DNA of 64,000 nt. Origin: Myxococcota bacterium (GTDB lineage Bacteria; Myxococcota_A; UBA796; SXON01). The position numbers and the translations under genes are program-made. The stretch's first letter is position 1. Every line of letters starts with the position of its first letter. The notes under the pieces were generated by a model. That model saw nothing but the letters and a program-made list of their open reading frames with translations, did not search any database and was not told where the DNA came from. Location: contig JAZKFH010000018.1 of the NCBI GenBank assembly GCA_040386535.1, positions 41,079 through 105,078 on the forward strand, in the 5' to 3' direction. Positions 52,001-61,437 of this stretch are shown here, piece after piece.

Positions 52001-53656
52001 ATGCTGTTCCTCTCCCTGCTCGCCTGCACGGGCCCCGCCGACGACAAGATCGACACCGCCACCGACACCGACCTGCCGGCGGACACGGACACCGGCGACA
52101 CCGCGATCGTGGAGGACGACACCTGCGCCCCCCGCGGCCTGACCCGCCGCGAATGGGACGGCTCGGGCGTGGACGGCGAGTTCGAGACGGTCGCGCCCGA
52201 CTTCACGCTCAACCTGCTCGACGGCACCACCTTCGTGTGGAGCGAGCGCTTCACCGGTTGCGACTCCGTCATCTCGATCACCTACGATCCCGCCGCGGAC
52301 TACCCCAACCTCACCCGCCCCGGCGACGTGCGGGACTGGCTCGAGACCTCCCCGCGGTCCGTGCACTACCTGATCTCGATCGACTCGTTGCGCGCGGCGG
52401 ACCGCGAAGCCGCGTTGACCGCCCTGAAGGACACGATCGACACCGCGATCTCGCGCATCGACGACGAGGAGGCGCAGGCCTTCTGGACCGAGCACGTCCA
52501 CCTCGTCACGGACAACCCGAACAACCCCGACAGCGCCGAGTGGATCGGCAACCTGAACCAGACCTACCGGACCACCTTCCCGGTCAACTGGGGCATCGAC
52601 CGCTTCGGCATGGTGCGCGAGCTCGGCTACCTCGCGGATCCGAACACGGGCTGGGAGGAGTCGCCGCCGAGCTTCATCACGTACGAGGCCGAGTGGTTCG
52701 ACTACGAGTCCGACCTGCAGGATCGGCTCGACGCGGACGGCGCCACCGTGCTCCGCGCCTTCGAGTACACCGACAGCCGCGTGGTCTCCCTCGAGTTCCC
52801 CGACGCCGCGACGATGGCGACGTTCGACACCCTCGAGCTCGACATGCGCTTCATCTGCAACGGGCACCCGGACTCGTCGGGCTGCGGCGAGTGGGACTAC
52901 CTCGCGTACGCCTACCTCTGCGACAACGACGATCCCGCCACGACCGACGTGGACGAGTCGGGCACGTGCACGGAGATCGGCCGGTTCATCACCGCCTACG
53001 CGCGGCCCGGCCGCTGGTTGGTCGACGCCACGCCCTTCCTGGCGATGGTCAAGGACGGCGGCACGCACGTCATCCGCGTGAACAGCGCGAACGCGCCCTT
53101 CATCACCTTCGACCTGCGCCTGTCCAACCAGGGCAAGGGCCAGCGCCCGGTCGCCATCGAGTACCTCTGGAGCGGCGGCACCTGGGACTCGAACTACAAC
53201 GTCGGCCGCGAGCCGATCACGTTCACGCCGCCCACCGGCGCGACCGGCGTCGGCATCTGGACGCTCATCAGCGGCCACGGCTTCGGCAGCGACCGCGAGA
53301 ACTGCGCCGAGTTCTGCAACCACCAGCACGAGTTCGTCGTGAACGAGGGGCTGACGGTCATGCAGGAGTTCCCCGAGGCGGGCACGGCCTACGGCTGCGC
53401 CGAGACCATCGGCACCGGCACGGTGTCGGGCCAGTACGGCACCTGGGTGCTCGGCCGCGGCGGCTGGTGCCCCGGGCGCCAGGTGGATCCCTGGTCGGCC
53501 GACCTGACCTCGGCGGTCGACTTCAGCGGCGAGAACACCATCACCTACCGCGGCCTGTTCGAGGGCGACACCTACGTGCCCGTGCCGATCGACAACACGA
53601 GCGGCGGGTTCGGCGGGCGGGCGGATGTGGCGAGCTGGTTGGTCTTCTACGAATAG
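52001..53656 (+). CDS. Lipoprotein with peptide-N-glycosidase F-like domain
   Basis: Lipobox LLAC; EWDY, EIGRFITAY, ISGHG, CAEFC, GTW..GRGGWCPG. Confidence 0.82.
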   Translation: MLFLSLLACTGPADDKIDTATDTDLPADTDTGDTAIVEDDTCAPRGLTRREWDGSGVDGEFETVAPDFTLNLLDGTTFVWSERFTGCDSVISITYDPAADYPNLTRPGDVRDWLETSPRSVHYLISIDSLRAADREAALTALKDTIDTAISRIDDEEAQAFWTEHVHLVTDNPNNPDSAEWIGNLNQTYRTTFPVNWGIDRFGMVRELGYLADPNTGWEESPPSFITYEAEWFDYESDLQDRLDADGATVLRAFEYTDSRVVSLEFPDAATMATFDTLELDMRFICNGHPDSSGCGEWDYLAYAYLCDNDDPATTDVDESGTCTEIGRFITAYARPGRWLVDATPFLAMVKDGGTHVIRVNSANAPFITFDLRLSNQGKGQRPVAIEYLWSGGTWDSNYNVGREPITFTPPTGATGVGIWTLISGHGFGSDRENCAEFCNHQHEFVVNEGLTVMQEFPEAGTAYGCAETIGTGTVSGQYGTWVLGRGGWCPGRQVDPWSADLTSAVDFSGENTITYRGLFEGDTYVPVPIDNTSGGFGGRADVASWLVFYE

Positions 53657-54058
53657 GGCGGGAGCGGGGCGGACGGACGCGCGAGGCGCGCGCCGCCGCG
53701 GAGGCGGGGGTGGCGGGGCGCTCCGGAAGGCTCAACCGCCAAGACGCCAAGGGCGGCCGAGGGCGGCGGGGGATCCGAGGTCGCAGGGGGCGCGCGGCCG
53801 GGAGCGGCCGGGAGGGGTGAGCGCGCGGCTGCGGTGTTCGCGTGCTCGGACCCATGCGCTCCTGAACGCCGCTATTTCGGGGTCATGTCCACCTGGATGC
53901 ACGTTTTCGGGCTGATCGGTGCCCCTCGCGGCCGTGGGCCAACGGACGAACGCCGATCATTTCCGCGACCACCCGCCGGGACGCTCATTCACGACGGCAT
54001 GACTCGGGAAACCGTGCACTCGCGGGGGCATGACCCGAACGTTCGGTAGACTCCCGCG

Positions 54059-55207
54059 ATGGACGAGACGGCGCCGTTCAAACGGAGCCTTGGCGACGAC
54101 GATCTCGTGGTCCTGGGCGTGATCGGGCGGGGTGCGTTCGCCGAGGTGCGGCACGCGCACCGACGGAGCGGCTCCGAACCCCTCGCGCTCAAGGTGCTCC
54201 GGGCGCGCGACCCCGAAGCCGAGCGGCGCCTGCGCAAGGAGGGGGCGATCCTGCTCGGGCTCGACCATCCCAACATCCTCCCCATCCACGAGATCCGCGA
54301 GTGGGAGGGCCAGCCCGCCCTGCTCACCGCCTTCGCCCCCGTGGGCTCGCTTCAAGACCTCCTCGACCGAGGCGGCCTCCCCTTCGGAGACGCGCTGGCG
54401 CTCTTTCGCGGCATCGTGAAAGGTGTTGCGTACGCTCATGCGGCCGGCGTGCTCCACCGCGATTTGAAGCCCGCCAACATCCTCATCACCCACGACGCGG
54501 TCGGCCACCTCCACCCCTGGGTCGGCGACTTCGGGATCGCCCGCTTGCTCGACGGGACGACGGCAGCCACCGCGTTCCCCATCGGCACGCCCAAGTACAT
54601 GGCTCAGGAGCAGTACACCTCGCCCACCGACCTCGACGAGCGGGTCGACATCTACGCGCTCGGGTGCATCCTCCGCGATCTGTCCGGAGGGAGCGCGCTC
54701 CCCACGTTCACGACGGCCATCGAACGCTGCACCCGACGCCGCCGCGAGGACCGTCCGCGCACCTGCGACGAGCTCCTCCGACTGCTCGATCGCGCCGAGA
54801 GCCCTCGCCGGCTCGTCCCGATGAGGTTCCTCGTGGGCCTCGCGCTGGTCGCCGTTGCGAGCCTGGTCGGCGTGGCGCTGCGCCCCGCGCCCAATCCACC
54901 GTGCCCCCTCGTCACGCAGGTCCGGCTGGAGCTCGCGCCGGGCCAGCTGTCGCGCTGCTCGACCAGCGCGGAAGGGGAGCAGATCGTGGCCGCACCCGCC
55001 ACGTGCGACGACTTCAAGGTGACCCTGCTCGCGGCGGGAGCGGTCCATCGGGAGCAGACCCTGCTCGATCAGGACATCCGCGATCTGTACGCCTGGGGCA
55101 CCGACTGGATCAGCGTTCAGTGCGGCGCGGAGCAGGTGCGGGTGAACCGCGTCCCCGCCCCCTACTCGCCTCCGTGGCCGCCCAGCGGCCACGGAGACAC
55201 CCCCTGA
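54059..55207 (+). CDS. Membrane Hanks-type Ser/Thr protein kinase
   Basis: IGRGAF, ALK, HRDLKPAN, DFG, GTPKYM; TM helix and Cys-containing C-domain. Confidence 0.9.
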   Translation: MDETAPFKRSLGDDDLVVLGVIGRGAFAEVRHAHRRSGSEPLALKVLRARDPEAERRLRKEGAILLGLDHPNILPIHEIREWEGQPALLTAFAPVGSLQDLLDRGGLPFGDALALFRGIVKGVAYAHAAGVLHRDLKPANILITHDAVGHLHPWVGDFGIARLLDGTTAATAFPIGTPKYMAQEQYTSPTDLDERVDIYALGCILRDLSGGSALPTFTTAIERCTRRRREDRPRTCDELLRLLDRAESPRRLVPMRFLVGLALVAVASLVGVALRPAPNPPCPLVTQVRLELAPGQLSRCSTSAEGEQIVAAPATCDDFKVTLLAAGAVHREQTLLDQDIRDLYAWGTDWISVQCGAEQVRVNRVPAPYSPPWPPSGHGDTP

Positions 55208-55435
55208 CGAGCAGGTATCCCCTCCGTGGCCGCCGGCTGCCCCGTGCGCCCACCGAGACGACGGGGACTCCGCGGCAGGCGCGCGGCAGGCGACCGGACG
55301 GCGGGCGGCTCCGCCGCCCGGCTCGGCGTGACCGGCCGCCGGGAGGCGGCCGGTCGCGCCAGCCGAGGCCGGAGGCCGAGCCGGGAGGGTGCCGACGGCG
55401 GCTCCGCCGCCGGGCCGCCCAGGCGTCCCCGCCTC

Positions 55436-56029
55436 CTACCCCCCGACCGCCCGATAAGCGTGCCACTTCACGTACTTCGGCCGCATGTCCAGCCGCACGT
55501 GCAGCCAGGGGACGCCGAGCCCCGCCGTGCTCACCCACACGCGGGTGCCGCGGGTGGTGAGCCAGGTTTCGACGCCCGCGCCGACGGCCTGCCAGAGCGC
55601 GTGGACCTGCTCGGGCGGGGCCGTGCGCAGGAACGCCACGAGGTGGGGGTAGCCCTGGGGCCCGGCGCCGAAGGCGGGCGCGGGCACGATCAACAGGGCG
55701 TCGCCGCTCAAGTTCGGGAAGGTGCCGACCGCGGGGGCGCGGGCGCCGGCGAGGGGGCCGGCGAACGGGGCGGGGTCGGCGTGCACGCGGGTGAGCGCGG
55801 GGGCGTCGAGGACCACGCACTCGAAGGGGGCGTCGACATCCTCGGGCGCGACCGGGCGGGCCTCCCAGTAGAGCGCGTCGAACGGGGCCTCGACAAGCGC
55901 GGTGGTGAGCGCGTCGCGGAGGGTGGGATCGGCGCGGAGGCCCGCGGCAACGGCACCCCAGGAGAGCGGCGTGCCGCCGTCGGTGAGGTGGAAACGCGGG
56001 GAGGCGACATCGAGGCGCGTCAGAAGCAC
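55436..56029 (-). CDS. Conserved hypothetical protein (DUF6940-like)
   Basis: WVSTAGLGVPWLHVRLD.RPKY motif; family name from recall. Confidence 0.7.
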   Translation of the reverse strand: MLLTRLDVASPRFHLTDGGTPLSWGAVAAGLRADPTLRDALTTALVEAPFDALYWEARPVAPEDVDAPFECVVLDAPALTRVHADPAPFAGPLAGARAPAVGTFPNLSGDALLIVPAPAFGAGPQGYPHLVAFLRTAPPEQVHALWQAVGAGVETWLTTRGTRVWVSTAGLGVPWLHVRLDMRPKYVKWHAYRAVGG

Positions 56030-56033
56030 CCGG

Positions 56034-56504
56034 TCACTCCGCGGGCACGGGCGCGCTGGGGCTGGCCCCCTGCACCGGCGCGGTGGCGGGGCCCGGGACC
56101 TTCACGGTGACGCGGACATCGTCGCGACGCACGGGCCACTTCCAGGCCGCCAGCTCCCGCTCGAAGCACGGCCCGAAGGCCGCGACGCCGTCGTCCGCGG
56201 AGGAGACCGTGGCCGCCGACACCTTGCCCCGGCGCACCTGGAGCTCGAGGACGACCGCGCCCGCCGACACGCCGCGCTCGGGATCGCCGTGGGGGACCAT
56301 GCACGGGGTGAGGACGAGGCCGTCGGCCGGGATGGCGTTTTTTGTCGTGACCGAGGTGATCGACACCTCGACGGGCATGTCGAGGTGCGTGGGCGCCGAC
56401 GGTGCGGCGGGCGCGGGCTCCTCCGCGCGGGCGGCGGTCGACACCAGGAGCCCGGTGGACACGAGGAGCGCGGCGAACAAGGCGAGCGGGGCGGACGAGG
56501 GCAT
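56034..56504 (-). CDS. Small exported protein, TonB-C/AgmX-C-like domain
   Basis: Signal peptide ARA; C...G.V.L.L.V..GKV...C....L..W.WP. Confidence 0.6.
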   Translation of the reverse strand: MPSSAPLALFAALLVSTGLLVSTAARAEEPAPAAPSAPTHLDMPVEVSITSVTTKNAIPADGLVLTPCMVPHGDPERGVSAGAVVLELQVRRGKVSAATVSSADDGVAAFGPCFERELAAWKWPVRRDDVRVTVKVPGPATAPVQGASPSAPVPAE

Positions 56505-56812
56505 GGGGACTCCGCGTCCGGCCTTGTCTTGGCAACAGAGCCTGGACAAGAGTCGCGTACCCCGGGCCCCGCCGGGGGGCGAACGGACCCGAGGCCAGGG
56601 GGGACCCGGGTGCCACGATCGGCCGCGCGAGGGACCCGGAAGGCGGCCGCGCCCCGCGGCCGGTCCCGGCCGCGCTTCGGCCTCCGAAGCGCGGGCGGAC
56701 GGAGGCCGAAGGCCGAACCCTGGAGAGGGCCCGGTCCCCGCGCTCGGGCGGGGACGCGCCCGGGTGGCGGGGGCCCGCCGAGGCGCGGGGGCCCGCCGAG
56801 GGGGGCCTCCGT

Positions 56813-56896
56813 AGGTGATAAGTCGTAAGGTCAGACCCCACGCGGCGATTGTACAGGTTCGCTCGTGGCAGGTGATAAGTCGTAAGGTCAGACCCC
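56813..56896. repeat. Two identical 27-bp direct repeats with a 30-bp spacer
   Basis: AGGTGATAAGTCGTAAGGTCAGACCCC at 56813-56839 and 56870-56896. Confidence 0.95.
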
Positions 56897-58669
56897 CTAT
56901 CGGGAGACCCCGCCCGCCCAGATCACGTCGTTCCCCTTGGTCACGTAGACGACGTTCGCGGGCTTGGGCGCCTCGCTGCCGCCCTGCGCGTACACGAGCG
57001 CCACCTTGGTGCCCGGCGTGACCTTGGCGACCTGGTCGATGGGGACGAGCGCGGCGGTCTGGGTGGTGTCGACCTTGATGTCGTGTGTCTTGCAACTGAC
57101 GACGTCGTAGAGGAAGTTGCCCCACATGTCGATGCCCGCGATGTGCGAGTAGTCGTAGGTGCAGCTGTCCGTGATCGTGGCGGTGCCCGTGCGCTTTTGG
57201 AAGGTGATGACGGCGGTGTCGCCCTGGGGCTTGACCGACACGACCACGTCCTCGCTCCAGGGGCGGCCGTAGCGCGGGTCGGCGGGGGGCTTGGGCGGGG
57301 CGCCGAGGGTCTGGTCGACGGCGTTGCTTGGCCACGCGGCGAGGGTCTCGATGGGGGTGATGCCGTCGATGACGCGCTGGCCGCGGTAGTTGAGCGGCCC
57401 CTCCAGGCTGCGCTTGACCAGCATCTCGACCGCCTGGTGCCGGCCGCTGATGCGGTCGCCGCCGGCGAGGAGCACGTCGCGCATCGCGCGGGAGCGCGTC
57501 ACGTTGGTGAGATCGAGCATGTAGTGGCACATCGCCAGCGCCTCGGTGAGGCGGTAGCCGACGGGATCCCGCAGGGCGCGGAGCAGCGCGTCGCCCTTGG
57601 CCTCGGGGACCGCGGTGTCGACGTAGTCCTGGAGCATCTTCGTGTAGGTGGGCGCGCACCCCTCGGCGTACCCGGGGCCGCCGGAGAGGGTCTTCATCCA
57701 GTCGTCGATGCCGGTGAGCGTGGGCTGCCACTTCGCCAGGATGGGCGTGTACTTCTCGTCCACCTGGGTGACGGCGTCGTCGTACATCTTCTTGGTGGCG
57801 GGGTAGCCCTTCTCGATGCTGGTGACCTTGGCGTCGTACTTCGCCATCCGGCCCACGCCGCGCTCGTAGAACATGCGGAACGAGAGCGCCGCGACCTTGT
57901 TGGGGGCGTGCTTCGCGAGGGAGGCGTCGAGGGCCTCGGGCGTCACCTTGTCGAGCTCCGTTTTGCACTGGCGGAAGCGGATGTACTCGCTGGTGGCGGG
58001 GTCGCCCATGCCGTTGCCGTCGAGAAGCGTGCCGCAGAGGCCGACGAGCGCGGCGGGCCAGAAGACGTCGGCGCTGTGCTCGGAGACCGTGTCCATCTGC
58101 GTGAAGACGAAGGCGGCGAGCCAGCCGTCGTTGAAGCCGGTGCAGGTGGCCTTCTGGAAGAGGCCGCGGATCGGGTCGTCCTCGGGGAAGGGCTTGCCGT
58201 CGCAGACCGCGGCGTTGCCGTCGATCCAGTCGTTGATGTTCACGCGGGCCAGGCTGTACTGGCGCTCGGTCTCGGGGCTGACGCCGGTGTCCGCGTGGAA
58301 GCGTGCGCGGGCGGCCTCGAGGCCGGTCTTCACGTAGTCGAGGTCGGGGTACGCGCAGCGCGTGCCCCAGAGCGTGCGGAGCTGCTCCTCGGGGCTCGGC
58401 CGGCTGCCGGCGGCCTCGAAGTTGACGTAGTCGGTCACCCACTTCTCGGAGGGCGGCACGATCGAGGGCTGGCGGTTGTCGTCGTACTTCGCGGCGTAGA
58501 AGCCGAAGCCCCCGCCGTTCGCGTTGGATTGGGTGGAGAACCGGCGCGAGAGGATGTCCGGCGTGGGGCAGCCCTTGGTGTCGCCCGACTGCGGCGCCGC
58601 CTTGGGGAGCGTGGGGCCGGCGGCGGAGGCGACGCCTGCGACGAGGAGCGCGGCGAAGAGGAGCGACAT
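56897..58669 (-). CDS. Exported hypothetical protein (590 aa)
   Basis: Signal peptide ASA, strong GC3 codon bias, several Cys. Confidence 0.75.
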   Translation of the reverse strand: MSLLFAALLVAGVASAAGPTLPKAAPQSGDTKGCPTPDILSRRFSTQSNANGGGFGFYAAKYDDNRQPSIVPPSEKWVTDYVNFEAAGSRPSPEEQLRTLWGTRCAYPDLDYVKTGLEAARARFHADTGVSPETERQYSLARVNINDWIDGNAAVCDGKPFPEDDPIRGLFQKATCTGFNDGWLAAFVFTQMDTVSEHSADVFWPAALVGLCGTLLDGNGMGDPATSEYIRFRQCKTELDKVTPEALDASLAKHAPNKVAALSFRMFYERGVGRMAKYDAKVTSIEKGYPATKKMYDDAVTQVDEKYTPILAKWQPTLTGIDDWMKTLSGGPGYAEGCAPTYTKMLQDYVDTAVPEAKGDALLRALRDPVGYRLTEALAMCHYMLDLTNVTRSRAMRDVLLAGGDRISGRHQAVEMLVKRSLEGPLNYRGQRVIDGITPIETLAAWPSNAVDQTLGAPPKPPADPRYGRPWSEDVVVSVKPQGDTAVITFQKRTGTATITDSCTYDYSHIAGIDMWGNFLYDVVSCKTHDIKVDTTQTAALVPIDQVAKVTPGTKVALVYAQGGSEAPKPANVVYVTKGNDVIWAGGVSR

Positions 58670-58828
58670 CCGGCCGCCTAACCGCTGGACATCCGGACGG
58701 GGTCACCGCCGCCGAGCCGCCACGCGTGCACGCCCGTGGAATACACATTCGTGTCATGCGTTCATCCCGCGATGACACCGATGGTAACGATATCGTGGAG
58801 CAAGCTGAAGCTCCTCCGCTCACGACGA

Positions 58829-60454
58829 ATGACGGGGAGTGCCCTGGCCCTCGCCGCCCTGCTGGGGGGCTGTGCGGATCCCGTGCACGACCGCGGCGGA
58901 GACGCCCTGGTCATCGCGCAGGAGACGCAGGCGGCGTGGACCCGCAACTTCAACCCGTTCCTCCCGAACGGGGCGACGCGGTGGCCGACGCGCGGGGGCA
59001 TCTACGAGCCGCTGCTGGTCTACAACCGCGTGGCCGGCGTGTGGGTGCCGTGGCTGGCGGAGGCGTGGGAGTGGGAGGACCAGGGCCGTACGCTGCGGTT
59101 CTTCCTGCGGAGCGGCGTGCGCTGGTCGGACGGCGAGCCGTTCACCGCCGACGACGTGGCCTTCACGTTCACCCTGATGAAGACGCACCCCGCCCTCGAC
59201 TCGCTCGGGGTGTGGGGCTGGCTCGCCTCGGTCGAGACGCGCGGCGACAACGAGGTGGTGTTCCGCCTCGCCCGCCCGTTCTCGCCGGGGCTCGAGGACC
59301 TCGCCGAGGCGCCCATCGTGCCGCGCCACGTGTGGGAGGGCGTCGCCGATCCGCTCGCGTGGGAGAACCCCGAGCCCGTCGCGACCGGGCCGTACACGGA
59401 GGTGGTCACGTTCACGAGCCAGGTGTGGGAGCTCGGGCGCAACCCCGACTACTGGCAGCCGGGCAAACCCGCGATCCCGACGCTTCGCTTCCCCGCCTTC
59501 GCCGGCAACGACGCCGCCAACCTCGCGCTCGTGAACGGCGAGGTCGACTGGGCCGGCAACTTCGTGCCCGCCGTGGAGCGTACGTTCGTGGAGCGGGACC
59601 CCGCGCACCACCTCGCATGGTCGCCCACCGTCGAGGCCACCGTGTGCCTCTTCGCGAACACCACGGTCGCGCCCTTCGGGGACACCGCGGTGCGCGAGGC
59701 GCTCTCCCTCGCCATCGATCGCGAGCGCCTCGTCACAGTGGCGATGGACGGCCTGACCCACCCGTCCGACGCCACCGGCCTGTCCGACGCGCTCGCGCCC
59801 TTTCGCGATCCGACGGTGACCGCCGCGTGGACCGCCTACGATCCCGTCGCCGCCGGCCGCCGGCTCGACGCCGCGGGGTTTCCACTCCGCGACGGGGCCC
59901 GCGTCGGCCCCGACGGCCCCCTCGCCGTCGATCTGCTCGTGGTGGCCGGCTGGTCGGACTGGATCCGCGCCGCGCAGCTGGTCGCGCGGGACCTCGGCGC
60001 GGTGGGCGTGGCCGTGCGGGTGCGCCCGGTCGACTTCAGCGGCTGGTTGGACCGCGTGCAGCGCGGCGACTTCACGCTCACCATCGGGTGGTCGTCGCAA
60101 GGCGCCACACCGTACGCGACCTACCGCGACCTGATGGGGAGCCAGTCCGCGCGCCCCATCGGCGAGCCCGCGGGCGGCAACTGGCACCGCCACGCCTCGC
60201 CCGCCGCCGACCGCCTGCTCGCCGCGGTCGAGGCCACGTCGGACCCCGAGGCGCAGGGGGCGCTGTTCGACCAGCTCCAGGCCACCTTCGCGGCCGAGCT
60301 TCCCGCCATCCCGTTGTTCCCCGCGCCCGCCTGGGGCGTCGCGAACACGCGCCTGTTCGCCGGCTTCCCGACGCCCGAGGACCCGTGGGTGGCGCTCTCG
60401 CCCAACCGCCCCCCGGAGCCGCTGCTGATCCTCACGACGTTGGAGCCGCGATGA
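58829..60454 (+). CDS. ABC transporter substrate-binding lipoprotein, family 5
   Basis: Lipobox LGGC, RNFNPF, IYEPL, LRSGVRWSDGEPFTADDV, GWSDW; start may be 58781. Confidence 0.9.
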   Translation: MTGSALALAALLGGCADPVHDRGGDALVIAQETQAAWTRNFNPFLPNGATRWPTRGGIYEPLLVYNRVAGVWVPWLAEAWEWEDQGRTLRFFLRSGVRWSDGEPFTADDVAFTFTLMKTHPALDSLGVWGWLASVETRGDNEVVFRLARPFSPGLEDLAEAPIVPRHVWEGVADPLAWENPEPVATGPYTEVVTFTSQVWELGRNPDYWQPGKPAIPTLRFPAFAGNDAANLALVNGEVDWAGNFVPAVERTFVERDPAHHLAWSPTVEATVCLFANTTVAPFGDTAVREALSLAIDRERLVTVAMDGLTHPSDATGLSDALAPFRDPTVTAAWTAYDPVAAGRRLDAAGFPLRDGARVGPDGPLAVDLLVVAGWSDWIRAAQLVARDLGAVGVAVRVRPVDFSGWLDRVQRGDFTLTIGWSSQGATPYATYRDLMGSQSARPIGEPAGGNWHRHASPAADRLLAAVEATSDPEAQGALFDQLQATFAAELPAIPLFPAPAWGVANTRLFAGFPTPEDPWVALSPNRPPEPLLILTTLEPR

Positions 60455-61437
60455 CGACCGCCGCCGCCTGGTTGGCCCGCCGCCTCGGGCTGTACGCCGT
60501 GGCCGCCTGGGCCGCGATCACCCTCGGCTTCGCGCTGCCCCGCATGGTGCCCGGCGACCCCGCCGCCGCCCTGCTCGCGCGGCTCCAGGGCAAGGCGGGC
60601 CCCGAGGCCATCGCCGCCCTCCGCGCCGGCCTCGGCGTGAGCGACGCGCCGCTGCCGCGCCAGTACCTCGACTACCTCGTCGCGCTCGCCCAGGGCGACC
60701 TCGGCCTGTCGGTGTCGCGCTTCCCGACGCCCGTGTCCGCCCTCATCGGCGACGCGCTCGGCTGGACCGTGCTGCTCGCGGGGGTGTCCGTCACCATCAG
60801 CTTCACGCTCGGCGCCGCGCTCGGGCTCGCCGCGGCGTGGCGCGGCGGGTGGCTCGACACCGTGGTGGGGCCCGCGCTCACGCTCCTCGGGGCGTTCCCC
60901 TACTTCTGGCTCGCGATGGTGGCTCTCCACGTGTTCGGCTTCGGCCTCGGGTGGTTTCCGTTGCGCCACGCGTGGGACACGTCGATCGCGCCCGCGCCGA
61001 CGTTCGAGTTCGGCTGGGGCGTGGTCCGCCACGCCGCGCTCCCGGCGCTCACGTTGGTGGCCGCGAGCGTCGGCGGCTGGATGCTGGGCATGCGCAACTC
61101 CGCGCAGGCGGTGCTCGCGACGGACCAGGTGCTCCTGGCGCGCGCCCGCGGGCTCCCCACGGCGCGGGTTCTCTCCGCCTACGTGCTCCGCAACGCGATG
61201 CTCCCGCACCTCACCGGCTTCGGCATGGCGCTCGGCTTCGTCGTGAGCGGCGCGCTGCTCACCGAGGTGGTGTTCTCCTACCCAGGCGAAGGCTGGCTGC
61301 TGGTCCAGGCGGTGCGCGCCCAGGACTACCCGCTGCTCCAGGGCCTCGTGCTCGCCATCACCCTCGCCGTCCTGTTCGCCAACGCGATCGTCGACCTGCT
61401 CACCCTCGCGGTCGACCCGCGCACGAGAGCCGCATGA
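60451..61437 (+). CDS. ABC transporter permease (OppB/DppB-like)
   Basis: PGDP, GDLGLS, ARARGL, E.VFSYPG.G, DPR. Confidence 0.92.
   Translation: MTTAAAWLARRLGLYAVAAWAAITLGFALPRMVPGDPAAALLARLQGKAGPEAIAALRAGLGVSDAPLPRQYLDYLVALAQGDLGLSVSRFPTPVSALIGDALGWTVLLAGVSVTISFTLGAALGLAAAWRGGWLDTVVGPALTLLGAFPYFWLAMVALHVFGFGLGWFPLRHAWDTSIAPAPTFEFGWGVVRHAALPALTLVAASVGGWMLGMRNSAQAVLATDQVLLARARGLPTARVLSAYVLRNAMLPHLTGFGMALGFVVSGALLTEVVFSYPGEGWLLVQAVRAQDYPLLQGLVLAITLAVLFANAIVDLLTLAVDPRTRAA

Noticed and set aside
55208..55435. GC-rich inverted repeats between the kinase and the DUF6940-like gene
   Set aside because: Adequately explained as hairpins between convergent genes in very GC-rich DNA
56813..56896. Bona fide CRISPR array
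   Set aside because: Only two repeats, no cas genes in the window, no leader; kept as an unexplained repeat
40510..61437. Long fused ORFs from the track (40510-43050, 45489-48242, 56034-58823, 58726-61437)
   Set aside because: N-terminal parts are off-frame readthrough of neighbouring genes; real starts lie at overlapping ATGA junctions or later ATGs
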